Shown here: one piece after another, positions 48,634 to 56,447 of the stretch
Layout of the letters: each line of letters opens with the position of its first letter
Position numbering within the stretch: the first letter of the stretch is position 1
Source: an uncultured Oscillospiraceae bacterium
GTDB lineage: Bacteria > Bacillota > Clostridia > Acetivibrionales > DTU013
NCBI GenBank assembly: GCA_964512095.1
Contig: CAZEIH010000002.1
Coordinates: 104,263 to 168,262, forward strand
DNA: 64,000 nt
Direction of reading: 5' to 3'
The notes under the pieces: model-generated
What the model saw: only the letters and a program-made list of their open reading frames with translations
What the model was told of the DNA's origin: nothing
Databases searched by the model: none
Made by a program: the position numbers and the translations under genes

Positions 48634-49368
48634 TCATTTTATGCACTTCAAATATCCATCTGGTGCAACTGTGACTAAAAGCTTATTTTCATAATTATAG
48701 TCTATCTCAAATCTATCAGTCTCTTTTAAAAACTCCCATACAGCGGTTTTTGGATTATCGCCCTTTCCCCATGGCCTGTCTGGGAAGGAAGCCTCTGGCA
48801 TATCCTCTACGATTGTATCGAAAACAACCAAATAGCTGTCTTTAGACACAAGCGGCGAGTATAGTCGTAGTTCCTGCAGAACATGATCATGAGTATGAAG
48901 TGAATCCAAAATGACTAGGATATTTTTTTTGTTTTTCGCAAAAGAGTATACTTTATCTATAACACTTTGTTCAACAGACGAACCCTCTATTAATGTAATT
49001 CTCTTGAACATTTTATGCTTTTCAATTTCTGCCCTGTTATGTTCTCTAATATCTATGTCAATTCCTAATACCTCTCCATCCCCTCCTATGATTTCAAGCA
49101 TTGACGCATGAAAAATCAGTGATCCCCCATGGGCTATACCTGTTTCAATAATTAAATCAGGCTTAACCTCCCAGATTATTTCCTGTAAAGCAATGATATC
49201 CTGAGGATATTGTATTATGGGTCTGCCAAGCCAGGTAAAATTATATGAATACTTGTGCTTAAATCCCTCCGTGAACCAATCTGCTGATAATTTTTTCAAT
49301 TTCTCATTTTCGTTCATCGCCTTGATGCTACGCTGCTTTTCCAATATGAATTCTACATTTCTATTCAT
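48634..49368 (-). CDS. CmcI/cephalosporin-hydroxylase-family SAM-dependent methyltransferase (sugar O-methyltransferase candidate)
   Basis: 244 aa. PDLIIETGIAHGGSLIF and the overall pattern resemble the CmcI family (from memory). Confidence 0.65.
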   Translation of the reverse strand: MNRNVEFILEKQRSIKAMNENEKLKKLSADWFTEGFKHKYSYNFTWLGRPIIQYPQDIIALQEIIWEVKPDLIIETGIAHGGSLIFHASMLEIIGGDGEVLGIDIDIREHNRAEIEKHKMFKRITLIEGSSVEQSVIDKVYSFAKNKKNILVILDSLHTHDHVLQELRLYSPLVSKDSYLVVFDTIVEDMPEASFPDRPWGKGDNPKTAVWEFLKETDRFEIDYNYENKLLVTVAPDGYLKCIK

Positions 49369-49913
49369 ATATCAATTTCTCCCTCTACAATAATTTTGTT
49401 GTAGGACTTATCTCTATCGGAGATGATAGAACAGGGTAATGGCCACTTAATTCCAAAAGCCGGATCATTCCATCTGTAACCCCTGGAGCACTCCGGAAAG
49501 AAAAATTCAGACATCTGGTAAAAAACATCGGTATTATCCTCCAGTGTTTGAAAACCATGCGCATATCCTCCGGGAATATATATCATATTATATTCTGAAC
49601 TGCTGAGTACAACAGATATCCACTTGCAAAAGGTAGGAGAATCAGGCCTAATATCAACAACAACATCGAACAATTCTCCCTTTGTACAGCTAACTAGCTT
49701 AGATTCCTCAAAGGGACTGCTTTGGTAATGCAATCCTCGAATAGTGCCTTTTTTCGAATTATGCGATATATTACTTTGTACAAGCTTTGAATCCAAATTT
49801 CTTTCTGTGAATTCAGAAGCACACCAAGATCTGGCAAAGAATCCCCGTTCATCCTGCTTCTTTTCAATATTAATAAGAAAAACTCCCTGTAATTCAGTCT
49901 CTTGGAATATCAT
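49365..49913 (-). CDS. NDP-4-keto-6-deoxyhexose 3,5-epimerase (RfbC/RmlC cupin family)
   Basis: 182 aa with motifs DERGFF, RGLHYQ and GYAHGF. Confidence 0.85.
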   Translation of the reverse strand: MIFQETELQGVFLINIEKKQDERGFFARSWCASEFTERNLDSKLVQSNISHNSKKGTIRGLHYQSSPFEESKLVSCTKGELFDVVVDIRPDSPTFCKWISVVLSSSEYNMIYIPGGYAHGFQTLEDNTDVFYQMSEFFFPECSRGYRWNDPAFGIKWPLPCSIISDRDKSYNKIIVEGEIDI

Positions 49914-51146
49914 TTAGATTACCTCTATTTCCGGAATAGGTATGATGAATTTTCCTCCCCACTCCCTAATAAATTCTAATTGCTGAATTATTTCATCCTT
50001 GATATTCCATGGCATTACAAATACATACTCCGGTTTTGTCTCCTTAATTTTATCAGGATCCAAAATCGGTATATGTGTGCCAGGTAAATATTTCCCCTGC
50101 TTATACGGATTTCTATCGACTGTAAAGGATATGAAATCAGTTCTTATACCACAATAATTCAAAAGAGTATTCCCTTTCGCCGGTGCTCCATAACCAACAA
50201 TAACCTTTCCATCTTGCTTTAAACTTATTAGCAATTCCAAGATAGAATATTTTATTCTTTTTACATTCTCAGCAAAAAGTTTATATACATTTATACTGTT
50301 TAAGCCTCTGTTTATCTCATCACTCAAGACTTTATCAACAGCAGAGCTGACCTTTTTGTATGTATCTGAAAAGTGCCCCACGTAGATTCGTAGTGAGCCT
50401 CCATGGGTAGGGATTTCTTCAACATCATAAATGCATAAGTCATGTGCCTTGAATATTTTTATTGCTGCTAATAAAGATATATAGGAGAAATGTTCATGAT
50501 ATATCGTGTCAAATTGGTTGCCTTCAATTAGCTTCAATAAATGGGGGAATTCCAAGGTAATTGTTCCACCGGGTGCTAAAATTCTCCTCATACCTTCAAC
50601 AAAATCATTTATGTCAGGCACATGGGCTAAAACATTATTTCCTATGATCAGATCTGCGAATTGCCCACCCTTAGCTAGTTTATTGGCCAGTCCTACACCA
50701 AAAAAGTCAACTATTGTGGGAACTCCCTTCTTTGCAGCACAAGCTGCAACGTTTGCCGCCGGCTCTATCCCAAGAACCAGTATGTCATATTCATTAAAAT
50801 ATTGAAGTAAATAGCCATCGTTGCTAGCGATTTCTATTACATTAGAATCTCTACCAAGCATAAGCTTGCTAATTATCATTTGAGCATATTCTTTAGCATG
50901 GTTAAGCCAACTATCAGAATATGAGCTAAAATATGCATATTCACTAAATATTTCTTTCGGTGTTTGAACATCAATCACCTGAACGAGAAGGCACTCTTCA
51001 CATACCATGGCATGAAGAGGATAGAAAACTTCACTCCTATATAGATTCTTTAAGCTTATATAAGAATTAGATAATGGAGTTATGCCAAGATCCGTGAAGG
51101 TAACCGTTAGTTTTTTTCCGCAAAAACGGCATTTTGCAAAATGCAT
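49914..51146 (-). CDS. NDP-hexose C-methyltransferase (TylCIII-like; Zn-ribbon plus class I MTase plus C-terminal domain)
   Basis: Start ATG at 51146. N-terminal CRFCGKK..(C)EEC zinc module, followed by a SAM-binding fold (VIEIASNDGYLL). Confidence 0.75.
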   Translation of the reverse strand: MHFAKCRFCGKKLTVTFTDLGITPLSNSYISLKNLYRSEVFYPLHAMVCEECLLVQVIDVQTPKEIFSEYAYFSSYSDSWLNHAKEYAQMIISKLMLGRDSNVIEIASNDGYLLQYFNEYDILVLGIEPAANVAACAAKKGVPTIVDFFGVGLANKLAKGGQFADLIIGNNVLAHVPDINDFVEGMRRILAPGGTITLEFPHLLKLIEGNQFDTIYHEHFSYISLLAAIKIFKAHDLCIYDVEEIPTHGGSLRIYVGHFSDTYKKVSSAVDKVLSDEINRGLNSINVYKLFAENVKRIKYSILELLISLKQDGKVIVGYGAPAKGNTLLNYCGIRTDFISFTVDRNPYKQGKYLPGTHIPILDPDKIKETKPEYVFVMPWNIKDEIIQQLEFIREWGGKFIIPIPEIEVI

Positions 51147-51168
51147 TTTATCATCCTTTCCGTGAGAA

Positions 51169-51936
51169 TCACCACACCTTCCATGGAGCTTTTCCGCTGT
51201 CCCACCAATCCTCAAGCTTGATTTTATCCCTTAGCGTATCCATAGGATGCCAAAAACCTGTATGCTTGAATGCTGACAATTGATTATCAGAAGCCAAGTC
51301 CTCCAATGGCTTTCTCTCCCATACTGTATTATCGTCTTCTATAAGACTGAATACTTCCTTCTCCAGTACAAAATAACCGCCATTTATCCAGCTGCCATCC
51401 CCTTGGGGTTTCTCATTGAAGCTGGTTATAAGATTTTTTGTCATATCAAGAGCTCCAAATCTTCCAGGAGGCTGGACAGCTGTTAAGGTAGCTTTTGTTT
51501 TTTGCCTTTTATGGAATGAAACTAGCTTATGGATGTTTACATTACTTACTCCATCACCATATGTAAAACAAAATGTCTCATCTCCTATAAAGTCATTAAC
51601 TCTTTTCAATCTACCGCCGGTCATGGCATCATCCCCGGTATCTACCAATGTAACAGTCCAAGGCTCACAGTGATTACTGTGCACCTTCATTTCGTTATTC
51701 TTCATATTAAAGGTAATATCAGACTGGTGCAGGAAATAGTTGGCGAAATACTCCTTTATCATATAGCCCTTATACCCTAGACATATAATAAATTCATTGA
51801 TATCATAGTAAGAATAAAGCTTCATAATATGCCAAAGTATTGGTTTCCCACCGATTTCCACCATTGGCTTGGGCTTTACAGCCGTCTCCTCACTGATCCT
51901 GGTACCTAAACCACCGGCAAGAATTACCGCTTTCAT
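51169..51936 (-). CDS. rfbF: glucose-1-phosphate cytidylyltransferase
   Basis: Start ATG at 51936 after GAGGAGAGGAG. MKAVILAGGLGTRISEET...KPKPMVEIGGKPILWH is characteristic. Confidence 0.88.
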   Translation of the reverse strand: MKAVILAGGLGTRISEETAVKPKPMVEIGGKPILWHIMKLYSYYDINEFIICLGYKGYMIKEYFANYFLHQSDITFNMKNNEMKVHSNHCEPWTVTLVDTGDDAMTGGRLKRVNDFIGDETFCFTYGDGVSNVNIHKLVSFHKRQKTKATLTAVQPPGRFGALDMTKNLITSFNEKPQGDGSWINGGYFVLEKEVFSLIEDDNTVWERKPLEDLASDNQLSAFKHTGFWHPMDTLRDKIKLEDWWDSGKAPWKVW

Positions 51937-51940
51937 CAAG

Positions 51941-54900
51941 TCAACTCCTCTCCTCAAGTACAATTTCCCCAAACCTGTTTTGAGCAACATCCATCAAAGT
52001 ATCCAGTAGTAATGGATACTCATGCTTCAAATAATTAAGGAGTAGCATTGCTTCCTGTTTTGTTCTAACAGTTTCATTAAGCCTCCAATACATGTACCTA
52101 AATACCCTAAAAATAAACCATTTATCTAATTCCTCACGAGAAAATTTACCCATGCCATGGGCTATATCCCCTATTTTTTCCATCTCCTCTATATCCGCCT
52201 TTGCTGTAAGAAGAGCCTTTTCATTGTAATTATCACCTTTGCTTTTAATAGTTGTCCCTGAATTAAGACTAATAGAATCCTTGTGCAATGTGTAAGTCAA
52301 AACAATGTCATCTATAAAGCCCGCATCCCCTTTTAACAATAATCGCAATAATATTGTTAAATCTGCGGCAAGGCAATCAGGATCACATTTTAGTATTTCA
52401 ATTTTATGAGCAATATCTTTTCTAAATAATGTTGTACAAAGGTTAGGCATGTATGGATATTTCTCCATTAAATAATTAATGAAGAATTCTTCTCCGTTTA
52501 TTATCGATTGATAATTTGGCTTTACACGATAGACCTTATTCTTCCCTTCATGGTTATAATAATAGCCTGCAAAAACAAATGCCAATCTACTATTCTCATT
52601 TAACATTTTTACGGCCTTTGAAATGTATGTAGAATCAATGAGATAATCATCGTCGCTTTGGGTCATACAGTAATCGCCCTTAGCAATTTCATAAAATGCT
52701 TTTTTGTAATTCAATGTAGGGCCAATATTTTTTTCATTCCTATTGTAAATCAGCCTTTTCTCATTTTTATAATTATTTGTCACCATTTCATAAGTTCCAT
52801 CATTTGAACAATTATCGGTAACTATTACTTCAATATTAGGGTAATCCTGTTTTAAAGCATTATCAATAGCACGTTTAAGCATATCCTTCCTATTGAAAGT
52901 AGGAATAATTATACTAACCAACACAGGCTTCTCTTGTTCCTTGAATGAGTACATAGTTTTAGGTTTATTGCAAAAAATACTTCGCATTTTTCTTAGTTCT
53001 GGAGCGAGTTTGTCAAGGTTATTACTAATCCCTAATCCTTGCAGCTTTAAAAAATGCACAAATACCTCTTCACTTATCTCTCCAGTCAGATATGCCATAA
53101 GCTCAGTTTCAAAGCTTTCACCATAACCGTATAGCTTTTGGATAAGTGCTGCCCGATTATTCATCCACTCAAGCGCTTCATCTTTTGATGCGATGCCCAA
53201 CTGCAAACAGTGATAACATGCAACACACTGGGCTATTAATCCCAGCGCCAGCTTGTGTGATGATAGTGTCTTACTTAGCGAATCATCTGATGTTCTTCTA
53301 ATATGGACAAGGGATTGTGTCGTACCGAGTTTCATTTCTGGATTGGCAGACAACAACCGCGAAAGCATGACAAAGTCTTCTGCTACTCTGAATTCTTTAG
53401 CAGAAGAATGAACTTTGAGGATATCGGTACATCCAATTGAGCCTCCTGCAAGCATAGCCCTTATTTCGCTATTCGATGCTATATTCTTCAAAACCTCTGC
53501 TGCGCTTCTGTCTTTATAACAGTTTCTGTCGTAACCAAGCTCAATTACACCATTACTAAAATTTAGCAGGTACCGTGGAATCATAAGAATATACTCGTTA
53601 TTTAGCTTCTCAATGTCGATTAATGCTTGTTCTCCATCAATACATAAAAGCATATCATCATCGTCAACAAAGGCAGTAAAGCGTGTCCTTATCTTCTGCA
53701 GACCTGTCCGCCTACTTTCCGCTAAACCCTCATTCAACTGTTTCCATATAATATCAGCATTGTATATCTCTTTGTTATTATTTATGAAGTCCAACTGTTC
53801 CGTCTCTTCAGTAGAGCAGTCATCTACTATCATTTTAGATTGATTTCCTAATTTGAGGCCTTTATCCATATCCTCCTTAAGCATTCTCCCACGGTTATAA
53901 TTTGGTATCAGAACCGTGAGGTTCTTATGCAATAGCTCTGCAGGCTGCTCTTTACTTTCAAGTATATCCTTTACTCTATCAATAATCCTTCGAAATGAAA
54001 GCAGCTCAGATATCTGGCCTGTTATTTTGCCAAGCTCACTCTCCAGTGAGTAGTTTGCTATCACAAACCTTCTATACTCACCAGTCTCATACACCCCACT
54101 GATTACCGCCTCTGCAGCTTCGTCGATTGTATTCCAGATATACTGGTCCGGATATATTTCTCTCGCCCCTACAAAATTATGTATCACAGGCTTAATACCT
54201 TTACACATAGCTTGCATTATACTCAGGTTTTGTGATTCCAGTAAACTGGTACAAAGTATGTAGTTTTTATCTTCCAGCCACTGATTTATATCCTCCTGCC
54301 AACCTTCAAAAATAATGTTCTCTGCAATACCTAATTCTTCCGCCATCTGCCAAAAATATAGCTCATAACGAGGATCCTGGTACTTGCCTGCTATATAAAG
54401 CTTATACCTTTTATCTCTCTTATGTATTGCATAAAAGGTGTGCAAAAGCAGCATCGGTCCCTTTTTATAGTTTATGTAACCCACATATGCTATGTTGAAG
54501 CCATTATTCCTCTTTCTAAAGGGATATCGGCCAACGTCGATTCCGTTTGGAATAACTACAGTTTTCTCAGATGCTAAACTCCTGCATCCTGTTAAAACAT
54601 ACTCCCTGATATGCTCAGCGATAAAAACTACTTTGTCCACATTTGTCCATGTAACCTTCTGTGTATAATCAGTAAAGGCTTCATAGCTATGGAGCCTGCA
54701 TATAATCTTCCTTTGCTGGGCCAAAGGCAGCCTGCTCCCATAAGCCACCAGTTCATCGCACCATTCAAACCAACAAATATCGGCCCATTCCATGCCTTCA
54801 TCTATTTGCTTGAAATCACCTACTATTATCTTTCTAACCCAGTAATCATCTAATAATCCTTTGATTATATCTCCAAGAAAGCTATCCATTCCGGCCTTGA

Positions 54901-55327
54901 CAAAAATAACAATCTTTGCACGATTTTCTACAGCGAGACTGTCATCCAGTTCTTTAAGCCTGTTGAGTGCAGCTTCCACATTCTGCTTTTGAGTATTGTC
55001 TCTAGCAACTGTACAAGCCTTGCTGTACATCATATTAGCTGTCTTATATTGGCCCCGCTGCTCATTGACATATGCAAGATTAAAAAGTAAATCAAAATGG
55101 AATGAGTCCCCCTTAAGCCCTTCTGTAAGAAGATCCTCAGCCCCATCAAAAGAACCCTCTAAAATATGTATGATCGCCATCATAGAGCAAACCTCAGGAT
55201 CTCCAGGAATCTTTTCTGCTATTTTGTCCAAGGCAGCTCTTGCTTCGATAAGGTGTCCGCCCTCTATCAGTTTTTCAATTTTTGACATTACAGCATTCAT
55301 CCTCTTCCCTTGCTCCTGGCTAATCAT
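51941..55327 (-). CDS. giant multidomain glycosyltransferase: TPR + GT4 + GT2 + GT2
   Basis: Start ATG at 55327 after GAGGTG. N-terminal TPR repeats. GT4 C-domain with an ExxxxxxE-type motif (SLLESQNLSIMQAM). Two GT2 modules (LTVLIPNYNR..FVDDDD; VSIIIPTFNR..QSDDD). Confidence 0.8.
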   Translation of the reverse strand: MISQEQGKRMNAVMSKIEKLIEGGHLIEARAALDKIAEKIPGDPEVCSMMAIIHILEGSFDGAEDLLTEGLKGDSFHFDLLFNLAYVNEQRGQYKTANMMYSKACTVARDNTQKQNVEAALNRLKELDDSLAVENRAKIVIFVKAGMDSFLGDIIKGLLDDYWVRKIIVGDFKQIDEGMEWADICWFEWCDELVAYGSRLPLAQQRKIICRLHSYEAFTDYTQKVTWTNVDKVVFIAEHIREYVLTGCRSLASEKTVVIPNGIDVGRYPFRKRNNGFNIAYVGYINYKKGPMLLLHTFYAIHKRDKRYKLYIAGKYQDPRYELYFWQMAEELGIAENIIFEGWQEDINQWLEDKNYILCTSLLESQNLSIMQAMCKGIKPVIHNFVGAREIYPDQYIWNTIDEAAEAVISGVYETGEYRRFVIANYSLESELGKITGQISELLSFRRIIDRVKDILESKEQPAELLHKNLTVLIPNYNRGRMLKEDMDKGLKLGNQSKMIVDDCSTEETEQLDFINNNKEIYNADIIWKQLNEGLAESRRTGLQKIRTRFTAFVDDDDMLLCIDGEQALIDIEKLNNEYILMIPRYLLNFSNGVIELGYDRNCYKDRSAAEVLKNIASNSEIRAMLAGGSIGCTDILKVHSSAKEFRVAEDFVMLSRLLSANPEMKLGTTQSLVHIRRTSDDSLSKTLSSHKLALGLIAQCVACYHCLQLGIASKDEALEWMNNRAALIQKLYGYGESFETELMAYLTGEISEEVFVHFLKLQGLGISNNLDKLAPELRKMRSIFCNKPKTMYSFKEQEKPVLVSIIIPTFNRKDMLKRAIDNALKQDYPNIEVIVTDNCSNDGTYEMVTNNYKNEKRLIYNRNEKNIGPTLNYKKAFYEIAKGDYCMTQSDDDYLIDSTYISKAVKMLNENSRLAFVFAGYYYNHEGKNKVYRVKPNYQSIINGEEFFINYLMEKYPYMPNLCTTLFRKDIAHKIEILKCDPDCLAADLTILLRLLLKGDAGFIDDIVLTYTLHKDSISLNSGTTIKSKGDNYNEKALLTAKADIEEMEKIGDIAHGMGKFSREELDKWFIFRVFRYMYWRLNETVRTKQEAMLLLNYLKHEYPLLLDTLMDVAQNRFGEIVLEERS

Positions 55328-55382
55328 TCCAATCACCTCTTGGCCCCTTTTTCATTGGTTAATGCTCCTTCTACTATATACT

Positions 55383-55415
55383 AAAAAGGGACTCTGGTAA
55401 ACAGAGTCCCTTTTT
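55383..55415. terminator. strong rho-independent terminator after fliC (symmetrical A5/T5 flanks)
   Basis: AAAAAGGGACTCTG-GTAAA-CAGAGTCCCTTTTT, located 16 nt after the fliC stop and 56 nt before the giant GT start. Confidence 0.85.
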
Positions 55416-55430
55416 AAGTAATTACCACTA

Positions 55431-56201
55431 TTATCTCAGTAATGACAATACATTCTGTGGTGATTGATTTGCCTGTGCCAACATTGCCGTACCAGCCTGT
55501 ACCAGTATGTTGTTCTTCGTGAATGTTGACATTTCTTCTGCCATATCAGTGTCTCTTATACGAGATTCTGCAGCCTGTAGGTTCTCTGCAGTGGCCTTAA
55601 GGTTCCTGACAGTAGACTCTAGTCTGTTCTGCAGTGATCCGTATGTAGCTCTTGCCTTGTTGACATTTGTAATAGCAGTATCAACAGCAGATAAACTGGA
55701 TGAGCTGGTCAAGCCCTTGATACCAGTAGGAGATGTTGCAGTGATTGCAAGTGTATCAGCGGCATCATTTATTGCTATACTTACCGAAGTGGTGAGGACG
55801 TTTTTGCCATTAAACTTTGTTTTGTCGAAAATGTTATCAATTTCCAATCCAAGCTGGGTCATTTCCAGTTTAAGGTTTGTAACGTCATCACTGGAGTATG
55901 TGCCATTAGCTTTCTGTACACTTAGCTCCTTAAGTCTTACGAGCATGTTACTGACTTCGTCCAGTGCGCCTTCAGCGGTTTGTATAAATGAGATACCATC
56001 CTGTGAATTCCTGGCTGCCTGTCCGAGACCCCTAATCTGTGCTCTCATCTTCTCGGAAATTGATAAGCCAGCAGCATCGTCTGCTGCACGATTGATTCTT
56101 TTACCAGATGATAACTTCTCCATTGACTTGCTAGAAGCTCCATTTGTGTTGAACAACTGGTTACGGGTGTTAATTGCAGAAATGTTGTTGTTAATAATCA
56201 T
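55431..56201 (-). CDS. fliC: flagellin (short form lacking a large variable domain)
   Basis: 256 aa with N-terminus MIINNNISAINTRNQL..SSGKRINRAADDAAGLSISEKM and C-terminus MLAQANQSPQNVLSLLR. The central segment is Ser/Thr-rich. Confidence 0.93.
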   Translation of the reverse strand: MIINNNISAINTRNQLFNTNGASSKSMEKLSSGKRINRAADDAAGLSISEKMRAQIRGLGQAARNSQDGISFIQTAEGALDEVSNMLVRLKELSVQKANGTYSSDDVTNLKLEMTQLGLEIDNIFDKTKFNGKNVLTTSVSIAINDAADTLAITATSPTGIKGLTSSSSLSAVDTAITNVNKARATYGSLQNRLESTVRNLKATAENLQAAESRIRDTDMAEEMSTFTKNNILVQAGTAMLAQANQSPQNVLSLLR

Positions 56202-56209
56202 AAGATCAT

Positions 56210-56244
56210 CCTCCTTGAATTTGTTAACCGGGAATCCTTTCCCG
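56210..56244 (-). promoter_or_regulatory. putative CsrA binding sites in the fliC leader (GGA-loop hairpin plus SD)
   Basis: On the minus strand, hairpin CGGGAA-AGGA-TTCCCG (56229-56244) and SD AAGGAGG (56210-56217). Same arrangement as the B. subtilis hag leader BS1/BS2. Confidence 0.6.
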
Positions 56245-56340
56245 ATTTTGCTTTTCGGATAGGCCGACTCCTATTTGAGAAAATCACTGTTACTTAGCTG
56301 AAGCGCGCTTTCAGTTTTGTAAATGTAACTCTCTTATTAT

Positions 56341-56370
56341 ATTTATCGGAGAGAATAAAATATACTTTAG
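56341..56370 (-). promoter_or_regulatory. sigma-28/SigD promoter of fliC
   Basis: On the minus strand, TAAA (reverse complement of 56366-56369), 16 nt, CCGATAAAT (reverse complement of 56341-56349). Predicts a leader of roughly 135 nt. Confidence 0.75.
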
Positions 56371-56447
56371 AGTTTTTTAATTTTTTCTTCAAGTTTTTTA
56401 ATCCGAAGGTCTTTAGTGTCTCCTTATGCTTTTCCTAATGCTTCAGA

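Noticed and set aside
48923-48930. T8 homopolymer inside the CmcI-like methyltransferase gene as a phase-variation switch
   Set aside because: A/T runs of 8 are common in this AT-rich sequence (another is at 37283-37290). There is no evidence of length heterogeneity from a single sequence.
55507-56262. 251-aa plus-strand ORF
   Set aside because: It is entirely antisense to the flagellin gene, which has unmistakable N- and C-terminal flagellin motifs. Its translation is low-complexity Ser/Leu/Ala. Long antisense ORFs are typical for flagellin genes.
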